This document shows, piece after piece, positions 38,311 to 46,068 of a stretch of DNA of 52,643 nucleotides. The translations under genes and the position numbers were made by a program. Position 1 is the stretch's first letter, and every line of letters begins with the position of its first letter. The notes beneath the pieces are model-generated. The model saw only the letters and a list, made by a program, of their open reading frames with translations. It ran no database searches and was not told the DNA's origin. Source of the stretch: an uncultured Candidatus Bathyarchaeia archaeon (GTDB lineage Archaea; Thermoproteota; Bathyarchaeia; Bathyarchaeales; Bathycorpusculaceae); the NCBI GenBank assembly GCA_964350175.1, contig CAYGJP010000001.1:3147-55789 (forward strand). The letters run 5' to 3'.

Positions 38311-38362
38311 ACCTCAACTCACCCACATATATAAAAAGAAAAAAGGGGAAAAAACCTGAAAG

Positions 38363-39796
38363 TTACACTGGACGTAACATGCACTCCCTGTACCTTCGCG
38401 TGTAGAGCTGACACAGACTATAATGATACTTATTGCGTGTATAGCTAAACAGGCAACAGTAGTACGCCGCCAAGAACCGATAGTAATAGCACAGATACAC
38501 CTTAACCCGCCGCGTCCTATACAAACTCAGATAATACGCCGCCCGCTTCCGGTAAACATCACAGCTTCGAATGTCAAGCGCTGGCTCCAGCTCCACTTCT
38601 GCTTCCTCTTCCAGCGGCAGTTCCGCCTCTTCCTCAAGCATCGGCTCCAGCTCCACTTCCTCCTCAAACGGCACCTCCAACTCTTCCGCAAACTCAGGCT
38701 CCACTGCTTCCGCTTCCACAGCTTCAAATTCCTGCTCCGGAACCACCAGCCCCTTCGGTATAGGTCCAACTGGTCCATAACGCGCCCGATAGATCTTGTA
38801 GAGATTCAAGTACTTCACCTGCCTCGTAAACCGGTACTTGCACAAGAAATACGCAACGATATACCTGTAATAGCAAAGATAATTCCTCAACCGCAAACAA
38901 TTCTGCGCCGCCACCCAATACTTCCGACAAGGATCCGGCAACACACAATCAGGATACATCGTCTTCATCGCCGCGATGTCACCCGCACTAAGCGCAGTTC
39001 TTTGACCCATACATTCCGCTCCCGCCTTAAGAGGGGTTATCGTATCTTGTCCATTAATCGAAAACGCTTTCCGAGGATAATGCATTATCGAGCAGTAATC
39101 ATAAGCTCCGATGTCTTGACCTGAATTCAGGTATTGCGCAAAATTATGCTGCGCACTCGCAACTATATTCTGCCAATTAATCGTCACAAAATTGTTCCTG
39201 TCATTGCGGCTTTGCTCATGGAAGTAACCAATGGCGTGCCCCATCTCGTGAACAGCATTCCCAAAAGAGAAACCTGTACCCAGACACAAATCCTGCTTGC
39301 CGCCCCGCCGACCAACATAAGACCATAAACTCCCTGTGCCGTCATCAAAGAACCGCACATAATCACTCTCGGTCGTTCGCGCCTTAAACTTGAAGCTTGT
39401 CTTATCCGTCCAATGATTCATGGCATCCGTCACTTTTGCCTGATCCGAAAGACTAGCGTCAAAAACATATGCCATGGTGCAGCTTGGCCACCTGTACTGC
39501 GCTCCCACAATTGCACCCGCCGCCAAAGGCATCGATGTAACTGCGTCATCAGACCTCATTTTTTCTTCAGCTGCCTTCTGCAACAAAACCGTGTTGTCGT
39601 TGCTCTTCTTCAGCTCTTCAGCAGTGCCAAGACAAATATCCCCTTCAGCCAAAGCCATGCCATTCATAATCACATACTCTACTTTTTCATTGACAAATCC
39701 TGGTCCTGACCAAAAACCCGACAGTGGCTCCGAATCTGATGCTGGAAATTCACCTTTCAGTTTTTTTCCCGATTCACTTTTTTTCATAAAAATCAC
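38363..39796 (-). CDS. astacin-family (M12A) zinc metalloprotease with atypical C-terminal extension
   Basis: 'HEMGHAIGYFHEQSRNDRNNFVTINWQNI' (HExxHxxGxxHExxRxDR) at 39197..39250 and Met-turn 'YDYCSIMHY' at ~39077..39103. Confidence 0.85.
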   Translation of the reverse strand: MIFMKKSESGKKLKGEFPASDSEPLSGFWSGPGFVNEKVEYVIMNGMALAEGDICLGTAEELKKSNDNTVLLQKAAEEKMRSDDAVTSMPLAAGAIVGAQYRWPSCTMAYVFDASLSDQAKVTDAMNHWTDKTSFKFKARTTESDYVRFFDDGTGSLWSYVGRRGGKQDLCLGTGFSFGNAVHEMGHAIGYFHEQSRNDRNNFVTINWQNIVASAQHNFAQYLNSGQDIGAYDYCSIMHYPRKAFSINGQDTITPLKAGAECMGQRTALSAGDIAAMKTMYPDCVLPDPCRKYWVAAQNCLRLRNYLCYYRYIVAYFLCKYRFTRQVKYLNLYKIYRARYGPVGPIPKGLVVPEQEFEAVEAEAVEPEFAEELEVPFEEEVELEPMLEEEAELPLEEEAEVELEPALDIRSCDVYRKRAAYYLSLYRTRRVKVYLCYYYRFLAAYYCCLFSYTRNKYHYSLCQLYTRRYRECMLRPV

Positions 39797-40111
39797 CTCC
39801 TTTGCGAATTAATAAACCGAGAACTACATTTTACATCTAGCATCCTAGCTTATAATCATTATCAGCCACAAAACGGCGCGCGTGTTGATTTTACAAATGA
39901 AACAGTTTGGTGATTTTGCAATCACATGTGAAATCCGCTAATTACATTGTAGCGTATTAATCCCGTCAAAAGAGCATTATATCTGCGCTTGAACTCCTTC
40001 TGAAGTCAAACTTATGCACAACCCTGCAGGCTCACTATGCAATAACCTATAAAATTAACCCTGCTACACAATCTACAGACACACACCCCGCAAACTAAGG
40101 AGGCAAAGAAC

Positions 40112-40345
40112 ATGCGCGACGATGTCATGTACCAAAAAGCCCGCTACCTCATAGAAAGCGGCAGAGTCGAAAACCTAGGAAACGGAGTTTTCAACGTCAT
40201 AGGCGAACACGGCACCTACACCGTCGCACAGGAACCCGCCACAGGCAAGCTAAGCTGCACCTGCCAAGGCTTCCTACGCAAAGGCCAATGCAGCCACGCC
40301 CAAGCCGTCGCGCTGATGCCCAAGCGGCGCCGCAGACCACGGTAA
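40112..40345 (+). CDS. small SWIM zinc-finger protein
   Basis: 'LSCTCQGFLRKGQCSHAQAV' (CxC...CxH). AAGGAGG upstream. Confidence 0.7.
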   Translation: MRDDVMYQKARYLIESGRVENLGNGVFNVIGEHGTYTVAQEPATGKLSCTCQGFLRKGQCSHAQAVALMPKRRRRPR

Positions 40346-40383
40346 CCACAAACTTATTAGCCTAAAAAACAGAAACTTCTAGT

Positions 40384-40668
40384 ATGCGAAAAATTTTAGT
40401 CACAACAGTTTTTGTTGCTGTTTGGTCCGCCATAACCATATTGGCGATGCTCTACGGGGCATACTATGATTGGCCAGACAATGTGCATACTGATTACGGC
40501 TGGCCATCTGCGTACGCTACGCATACTACGAGTACCTTTGCAGGCGCGGCTGACCTGTGGGTCGTCAACACGGTATACCTTGCCACGGACCTCATTTTCT
40601 GGCTGGGCAGCCTAACAGCGGCAGTGGCGATAATACAAATAGTCCTTAACAAAAAACAGACAAAATAA
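40384..40668 (+). CDS. small membrane protein (2 TM helices)
   Basis: Track ORF with hydrophobic N- and C-terminal helices. Confidence 0.5.
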   Translation: MRKILVTTVFVAVWSAITILAMLYGAYYDWPDNVHTDYGWPSAYATHTTSTFAGAADLWVVNTVYLATDLIFWLGSLTAAVAIIQIVLNKKQTK

Positions 40669-41066
40669 ACAAAAGAGACAGGGAAGACCAGCAACAATTC
40701 CCCGCCCCTTCAAGTTTTCTTAATTATTAGCGTCCATTTTGATCCTTCCCATGTTACTCTCAACCTATTATTCGGGTTCGATTTTGCGGGTGGCTTCTCG
40801 TTTTGCACGTGAAAACACGTACTCGGCGAAAGCGATAGGCACGGCGCACAGGCCCAAGCCCACTACGACTAAAGTTCCAATATCCCTGTTTTTCACACAT
40901 CCTTTGTTTTTAGTAACTCCATAGCAACCAACGTATATAAAGCGAGTTGAGAACTGTTCATAACTTTTAAGAAAAACCTGACATGCGCACAGTGAAAAAC
41001 TGTTGTTGTGGATAAAAGTTGAATGTTGTGGGTTAGTGGTAGACGTTTGTCCCAAAGCTTCCTGAG

Positions 41067-41612
41067 CTACTTGCTGCCCTTCAAAGCTTGAAGTATCTCC
41101 AAGGTGCCTTCCTTCTTCGCCTGCCGCTTCACCGCGGCTAAATCCACTTTTGTAAAAGCCAAAATCGCCTTCACATCTTCCACATCCTTCACAGTCCGCT
41201 CTCTGGGAACTGTCACTTTAATCATCCGCAACTTCGCCAAAACCAATCCTTCAGGCTTCTGGAAAAACGTATTCACCCCCGCTACTGTGCCCGCCTGCTT
41301 GTCCAGCTTCTCACCAGAAAAAATAACATCCACAGTGTAAGCTGATGCCTTATCCCGAAACGTAGCAATATTATAACCCGAAGCCAAAGCTTCAGAGATT
41401 TTCCGTTCCTCCACCTCCAAACCAGCCCGACGCAGCACAGCCCCAACTTTTTTGACATCCGCTCCGCCAACACCCACCATAACATCAACATCACTTGTGG
41501 TTCTGGGCGCACCGTAGAAACTCACCGCCAACGCCCCCGTAAAAGCATAATCCAAACCTTCGCTGTTGAAAGCTTCTGCCAGCCGATTAGCAAACCTATA
41601 AAACTTCTCCAT
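41067..41612 (-). CDS. minimal nucleotidyltransferase-fold protein (MNT/AbiEii-like)
   Basis: 'TGALAVSFYGAPRTTSDVDVMV' (G-x-...-D-x-D NTase motif). Confidence 0.65.
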   Translation of the reverse strand: MEKFYRFANRLAEAFNSEGLDYAFTGALAVSFYGAPRTTSDVDVMVGVGGADVKKVGAVLRRAGLEVEERKISEALASGYNIATFRDKASAYTVDVIFSGEKLDKQAGTVAGVNTFFQKPEGLVLAKLRMIKVTVPRERTVKDVEDVKAILAFTKVDLAAVKRQAKKEGTLEILQALKGSK

Positions 41613-41619
41613 GCTGCTT

Positions 41620-41832
41620 TCACCGTTTACGATGACGCTTAGACCACTCCAGCCGCTCCCGAAGCTTCACAATCAATTCTTCTTCGCTGATGCCTGGGTT
41701 CTGGGCTCTAATGCCCTCCGCGCAGATTTGCACGCAAGCGTCAGACATGTCCATGCAGATGGCTACTTTCTCTTCAGGCAACAACCGCCCCAACCGCATC
41801 CAGTCTTTATCCACGCGCCAAAACCTCGACAC
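41620..41832 (-). CDS. 70-aa helical partner of the nucleotidyltransferase
   Basis: Track ORF, 8 nt upstream of the NTase gene on the same strand. Confidence 0.5.
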   Translation of the reverse strand: MSRFWRVDKDWMRLGRLLPEEKVAICMDMSDACVQICAEGIRAQNPGISEEELIVKLRERLEWSKRHRKR

Positions 41833-41880
41833 AAGGATAGTGCAGTTTAGCCTTAAGAAACATTCCCTTGGACAGCAGCG

Positions 41881-42987
41881 TCAACCCGCCGCGGAAAAGC
41901 TGCGAATCATCGTCGTGTCCCCATCTCTTGAACCCTGACTAGCGTAAACCCAAAGCTTACCCCCATACACAAACATGTTCTCAACTGCCATGCCGCTTAG
42001 CTCGTAGACGCTACTCCATGTCGTGCCGTCGAAGCTGCGAACTAAACCTTGGTAATGCGAGTTCCAGAACACGTACAGCTTCCCTTCATACACACATGCA
42101 CCCGCGCTTCCGCTGCCATACTGCCCCACAGGACTAACCGCCTCAAACACACCCAAAACGCCATCAGCACCAAGGCGCCTTATAGCCAACGCTGAAGGCG
42201 AAAAATACTCGCTTTCCCAAAAAACAAACCGCTCCCCCATAAAACCAACCATGAAAGGTCCCAGGTTCGTGGCGTCATCATCAGGCATGTTCAACCATGC
42301 TACGTCGCTCCAGTTTTCTCCGTCAAAACTGCCCACGTAAATGTCTTCATGCGTGTGAAAAACTGGTGGACCCTGCCGAACGGTCTGGTTCTCCCAAACA
42401 GCCCATAACTTGCCATCCAAAACCGTGAAACTCTGACCGTTCGGCGCCGACGTGGGAAAAACGGCGTTTCGTGTTTCACTCCACGTTTCGCCGTCAAATG
42501 TCTTGAAAGAAAAAACATTGTACCCAGGCTGCACCCAAATCAACCATGCTTTGTCGTCTATACCGAGCACTTTTGCGCCGTAGTGAATTTCATTTTGGCT
42601 GAATGCCCCGGATGCCTCTTCCCATCTGGTGCCATCAAACCACTTTAGCTTACTTTGTGAGGTCCACTCGTAACTGGTGTAGTTTACTATCCACTTCTCC
42701 GTTAGCAACGCGTATAGCTTCCCATTATAAACGAAACATCCGCCCTCAGTGCTCACCTCATCCGCGGGGTTGCTTACCGCTACTGCGTCACTGACGTTTT
42801 CTCCATCAAACGTACGGTAAAACGTGTCATAAAGAAAGTATTCACTAGGCTTGAGGAAGTCACTGGTGTAGGTGTGGGTGTCCTTGGTTATTGAGGAGTA
42901 GAACATGTACAGTTTGCCCTGAAACTCTACCGGCGAAGGCCAACCTAAATTCAGAGTTTGCCTGTCGCTCCACTGTCCCCCTCCCAA
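41881..42987 (-). CDS. beta-propeller repeat protein (7-8 blades, 'GKLY/GKLW' and Asp-box-like 'FDGxxWS' repeats); N-terminus apparently frameshifted
   Basis: Repeats FQGKLYMFY / YNGKLYALL / LDGKLWAVW / YEGKLYVFW / YGGKLWVYA, plus FDGTRWEE / FDGETWSE / FDGENWSD / FDGTTWSS. Confidence 0.7.
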   Translation of the reverse strand: MGGGQWSDRQTLNLGWPSPVEFQGKLYMFYSSITKDTHTYTSDFLKPSEYFLYDTFYRTFDGENVSDAVAVSNPADEVSTEGGCFVYNGKLYALLTEKWIVNYTSYEWTSQSKLKWFDGTRWEEASGAFSQNEIHYGAKVLGIDDKAWLIWVQPGYNVFSFKTFDGETWSETRNAVFPTSAPNGQSFTVLDGKLWAVWENQTVRQGPPVFHTHEDIYVGSFDGENWSDVAWLNMPDDDATNLGPFMVGFMGERFVFWESEYFSPSALAIRRLGADGVLGVFEAVSPVGQYGSGSAGACVYEGKLYVFWNSHYQGLVRSFDGTTWSSVYELSGMAVENMFVYGGKLWVYASQGSRDGDTTMIRSFSAAG

Positions 42988-43115
42988 GACCGCGAAGACT
43001 CACCAAGAAAGTTCAAGCAAACTAGCAGCGAAGCCACAACAACAATAACGGCTAACATGACAGCCAGCGCAACCAGAACCCCATGCCTCATATTAATGAG
43101 GTTTTGTTTTGTCAT
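42951..43115 (-). pseudogene. 54-aa signal-anchor ORF, probably the detached N-terminus of the beta-propeller protein
   Basis: Manual translation gives MTKQNLINMRHGVLVALAVMLAVIVVVASLLVCLNFLGESSRSWEGDSGATGKL*. It overlaps the propeller ORF by 37 nt. The propeller ORF is in its -1 frame across a G5 run (C5 on the + strand at 42977..42981). Confidence 0.5.
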
Positions 43116-43212
43116 TTTTTCTCGGTCCACTTGTTTACGAAAACCTTGGGTTGTATAGGGTATAGGTTGGTTGTCAATAAAAGTTTAACCAACCCTGCAA
43201 GCGTGCAATTAT

Positions 43213-43389
43213 TCAAACCTTTAGCCGCTTTACCAATGCCTTAACGCGCTCTTCATCCTTTAAGTAGTCTTCAAGTAAAGCATTGGTTGCCTCATAAATC
43301 TTCAAGTCATTCAGCAAAGCCAGCTTGCGCAGTTCCCGATGCAAATCCTCCCTGACCTCTATGACCACGCGCCTACGCTTATCCACCAT
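43213..43389 (-). CDS. 58-aa ribbon-helix-helix (CopG/Arc-like) protein (below track cutoff)
   Basis: Manual translation gives MVDKRRRVVIEVREDLHRELRKLALLNDLKIYEATNALLEDYLKDEERVKALVKRLKV*. It starts 3 nt after the hub-gene stop. Confidence 0.6.
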   Translation of the reverse strand: MVDKRRRVVIEVREDLHRELRKLALLNDLKIYEATNALLEDYLKDEERVKALVKRLKV

Positions 43390-43392
43390 GGT

Positions 43393-44979
43393 TTATCGCT
43401 TCGCTGCCTTATACCTGCTCAAACTGTCCGTCTTGCTCCGCAGCGCGTACACGTAGTCTGCCAAAAGCGGCGCCTCCCGCCCCAACTCCAGCCGCGTTTC
43501 CAAAATCTGAGAGCCCCCATCCACCCGGTACTCCATGCTCAACACCCGAAAATCTGCATCCACACCCTCAACAGGCAACTCAACATGCACCGTGTCACCT
43601 GCCAACACAGGCGTTGCCCCGTAATCCAGAACCGAACTTTGCAGCGACAAGCTCTCCGCTGGGTCCTTCAAATTCGACAGCAACGCCTTCGCCCGCCCAG
43701 CACATTCGGTGTCGCTCCACAACTCCTCGTTAACCTCCACCAGCTCCCGCAAACCAAAACTGCCCTGACTAACCACATCTTGCTGCACGCTGCCATAGCG
43801 ACGACCCCCAAAAAACACGCTATCCACCCAGAATGCGCCCGTGCCCACATCGTCAAACCAGCAAATCACCCGCACCCGCCAAATCCTTGTCCAGTCAAAC
43901 CCGCTCTGCACCTGCCACAAATCCGCACTCCCAGCGCCCACCTCCATTTGGGTTTGGAACCATTTGCCAGAGCCAACCGTGAATTCCCGCGTGGCTGCGC
44001 GGTCCAAGTTGTCAAACAGCGTCAGCGTCACGTTCCCGTTAAAAGTGGTGTCTCTGCACAGCCACAGGTTCAAAACTGGGTACGCTCCAGTATCTACTAG
44101 TTTGTCGCTGTTTAGGGTGAACACGCAGCCTGCATACTGAAAGTTGTCCATGTAGGTTTTCACGCTGCCCCACCCCTTCACCTGCATCGCGGTGTCGAAG
44201 CTGACGGTGCCTGCCATGGCAGTCCAAACCCCATCCAGCGGCGTTAGGCTCTCAGTCCACGCATCCTTGTCGGCGGGCACGCTTTTGTCGGCGGCGCCGT
44301 AAACTGTGATTTTGTTTCGCACCCTGTGCACATCATTGGTGTACTCGTAGTATTCGACGCGCTCGCTGAGGCTGACGCTGCTGGGTTTGGTGCCTTTTGG
44401 GAAAAACTCGAATTTGCCGTCAGGCGACACGCGGAAATCGTAGCCGATTACGCCCTGCTTGTCCGCGCTTTCTGCCACAAATTTGAGCACATCTACGACG
44501 GGGGTGCCCTCGTAGGCTAAGTTGGCGTAGGTTGTGTCTGTAGTTTCCACCAGTTCCACGCCGCCTCGGCTGTGGCTCAAACCCACATAGTAGTCCAACA
44601 GGTCCTTAACGATGTCTTCGCCCTTCACGTTGGTGTAGGTTTTGGTGATGACTCGGCGGAACAACCGCTCACCCCAACAACGCCCACTGACATGCACGTA
44701 ACTTTCCACAGGCGAAGATTCGTACTTGATGCCCTCCACGCGACAAGTCATCAACAAGGGACACGTGGCGCCGCGCCCAATGCTTAAGCTGCCATCAACG
44801 CCAACGCTCAGGGGGCTGGCGCCGTTGGGGCTGTATTTGCCGCCAAAATTCTGCAACCTCACCTCGAAGCTGCTCACCTCGTTTGTGCAGCCTAAATGCA
44901 CCTTCAACTCCACAATGTCACCTTGGGACGGCGCAACCGAGCCGAAAACCACCGCCACCGTGGGAGCAACAACACTCAC
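43393..44979 (-). CDS. tail hub / baseplate-type protein (gpD/XkdQ-like N-terminal half, beta-rich C-terminal half)
   Basis: The pattern 'CRVEGIKYESSPVESYVHVSGRCWGERL...GEDIVKDLLDYY...VLKFVAESADKQGVIGYDFRVSPDGKFEFFPKG' is typical of tail hub proteins. It occupies the position after the tape-measure-like gene. Confidence 0.55.
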   Translation of the reverse strand: MSVVAPTVAVVFGSVAPSQGDIVELKVHLGCTNEVSSFEVRLQNFGGKYSPNGASPLSVGVDGSLSIGRGATCPLLMTCRVEGIKYESSPVESYVHVSGRCWGERLFRRVITKTYTNVKGEDIVKDLLDYYVGLSHSRGGVELVETTDTTYANLAYEGTPVVDVLKFVAESADKQGVIGYDFRVSPDGKFEFFPKGTKPSSVSLSERVEYYEYTNDVHRVRNKITVYGAADKSVPADKDAWTESLTPLDGVWTAMAGTVSFDTAMQVKGWGSVKTYMDNFQYAGCVFTLNSDKLVDTGAYPVLNLWLCRDTTFNGNVTLTLFDNLDRAATREFTVGSGKWFQTQMEVGAGSADLWQVQSGFDWTRIWRVRVICWFDDVGTGAFWVDSVFFGGRRYGSVQQDVVSQGSFGLRELVEVNEELWSDTECAGRAKALLSNLKDPAESLSLQSSVLDYGATPVLAGDTVHVELPVEGVDADFRVLSMEYRVDGGSQILETRLELGREAPLLADYVYALRSKTDSLSRYKAAKR

Positions 44980-44982
44980 AGT

Positions 44983-45525
44983 TTATTCGACTCCTCGCCT
45001 ATACAGCTCCGCTGCACCCGCACGCTGAATACTACGAGTATGCTGGGGAGTATCCGAGGTGGCACTGTTGAAGTCCTGCACGCTGGCGGCGGCTTTGTTC
45101 ATGCTGCTCGCGAAACTTATCATGGCGGCGGATGCGGCAACAATTACGGCTATGCCTACGCCCGTTAACGCGAGAAAAGTGGCGAAGCTGATGTTCAAGC
45201 TGTTTTGGACGGTGGTGGCAAACGCGGTTGCTGCCGCATACACCTTCTGGGCTACCGCAACGCCTGCACTGGTCCGCATAAACATACCCATCACGCTGAC
45301 AACCATCATGGCGCTGTTGAACACTCTTGCCTGGGCATCGTTCAAAACTCCGAACTGGTTCGCAACATAACCCACAACGGTTCCTGCAGCGCCCAGTCCA
45401 GCAATTGCGGAGCCTAAACTTTTAACCCGCGTGGCAAGGCTTTGCGCGTCGGTTTGGATGCGGCTGAATTCGGAGCTTGCGCGGTTGACGGCTCGGATGG
45501 TGACCGCTATTTCTCTAAAACTCAA
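44983..45525 (-). CDS. short tape-measure-like protein (180 aa)
   Basis: Ala/Gly/Val-rich with hydrophobic segments. It lies between the chaperone/gp10 genes and the hub gene. No diagnostic motif. Confidence 0.45.
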   Translation of the reverse strand: MSFREIAVTIRAVNRASSEFSRIQTDAQSLATRVKSLGSAIAGLGAAGTVVGYVANQFGVLNDAQARVFNSAMMVVSVMGMFMRTSAGVAVAQKVYAAATAFATTVQNSLNISFATFLALTGVGIAVIVAASAAMISFASSMNKAAASVQDFNSATSDTPQHTRSIQRAGAAELYRRGVE

Positions 45526-45890
45526 AGGTTAGCCTCCGTCTTAGCTGTGTCTAAAGCGTCTAGCAGTGTGGGTTCCAGCTGAGGCAAGAGCTGTTCCAAT
45601 GCGGGTTGGATGAACGGTTTCGCTTGGGCGTAGCGGGTGCCGAACTCGACGGCTGCGGCGTAGGCGGCTTCTGCACCAACTTCACTTTGCCACTGCTGTG
45701 TTCTGGTGTAGATGGTGCTCCGCAGGTAACCCGTCCTTGAAGGCGCAAGGTTTGCAGCTTGAGTTTTGGCATTCTCAGCCCACTCGCTAAGACGCTGCTG
45801 CACTTGCCTCTGCATACCACTATCGAAACGGCTGAGTGCCTGCGCGAATTCCTCTGCGCCTGCAAGGTCAATTTGAACTTCAACGCTCAT
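45522..45890 (-). CDS. HK97-gp10-family tail component
   Basis: 'LAPSRTGYLRSTIY...EVGAEAAYAAAVEFGTRYAQAKPFIQPALEQ' matches the family signature (P..TG.L..SI...YA..VEFGT....A.PF..PA). Confidence 0.8.
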   Translation of the reverse strand: MSVEVQIDLAGAEEFAQALSRFDSGMQRQVQQRLSEWAENAKTQAANLAPSRTGYLRSTIYTRTQQWQSEVGAEAAYAAAVEFGTRYAQAKPFIQPALEQLLPQLEPTLLDALDTAKTEANL

Positions 45891-46068
45891 GTTTCTTGGC
45901 TTCCTCCTCGGTTTGGCGGTCTACTTCGTTGAGGATGATGGTGAACTGCTGGATAGTTTTGGCTGGCTGTTTTGCGAGTTCTGTTGGGAGCCATCCGAAT
46001 TCTTTGCATAAGCGGAAGTCTGTGACTGTGGGGTTGGGTTTTTGGCGTCTGATGGCTCGGATAAAAAA
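45880..46068 (-). CDS. -1 frame extension of the tail chaperone (GT-like fusion C-terminus)
   Basis: The -1 frame after TTTTTTA reads FFIRAIRRQKPNPTVTDFRLCKEFGWLPTELAKQPAKTIQQFTIILNEVDRQTEEEAKKHER*, which is globular-looking. Its stop overlaps the start of the gp10-family gene. Confidence 0.55.
   Translation of the reverse strand, partial: FFIRAIRRQKPNPTVTDFRLCKEFGWLPTELAKQPAKTIQQFTIILNEVDRQTEEEAKKHER

Noticed and set aside
37789-38334. 181-aa + strand ORF rich in His/Pro/Asn
   Set aside because: Antisense shadow of the 128-aa minus-strand gene, with low-complexity composition.
38423-39124. 233-aa + strand ORF and the Ser-rich 69-aa ORF (38571..38780) opposite the astacin gene
   Set aside because: The poly-Ser/Gly string is just the complement of the Glu-rich linker (GAA/GAG read as TTC/CTC). 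There are no motifs, whereas the minus-strand astacin reading has a perfect zinc site.
40768-41055. 95-aa minus ORF / 61-aa plus ORF in the spacer after the 94-aa membrane protein
   Set aside because: Only the last ~40 aa (a TM helix plus basic tail, GTG start) look protein-like. That is too weak to call.
43339-44100. 253-aa Pro/Gln/His/Arg-rich + strand ORF
   Set aside because: Antisense to the 528-aa hub-like gene. Its composition is typical of a shadow ORF in C-rich DNA, and the minus frame belongs to a tightly packed operon.
44100-44700. Apparent switch of strand composition inside the 528-aa hub gene, considered as a recombination junction or replication-skew switch
   Set aside because: On re-reading, C-rich and G/T-rich stretches alternate (44.28-44.58 kb versus the flanks) rather than switching once. 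This cannot be supported without a computed skew profile.
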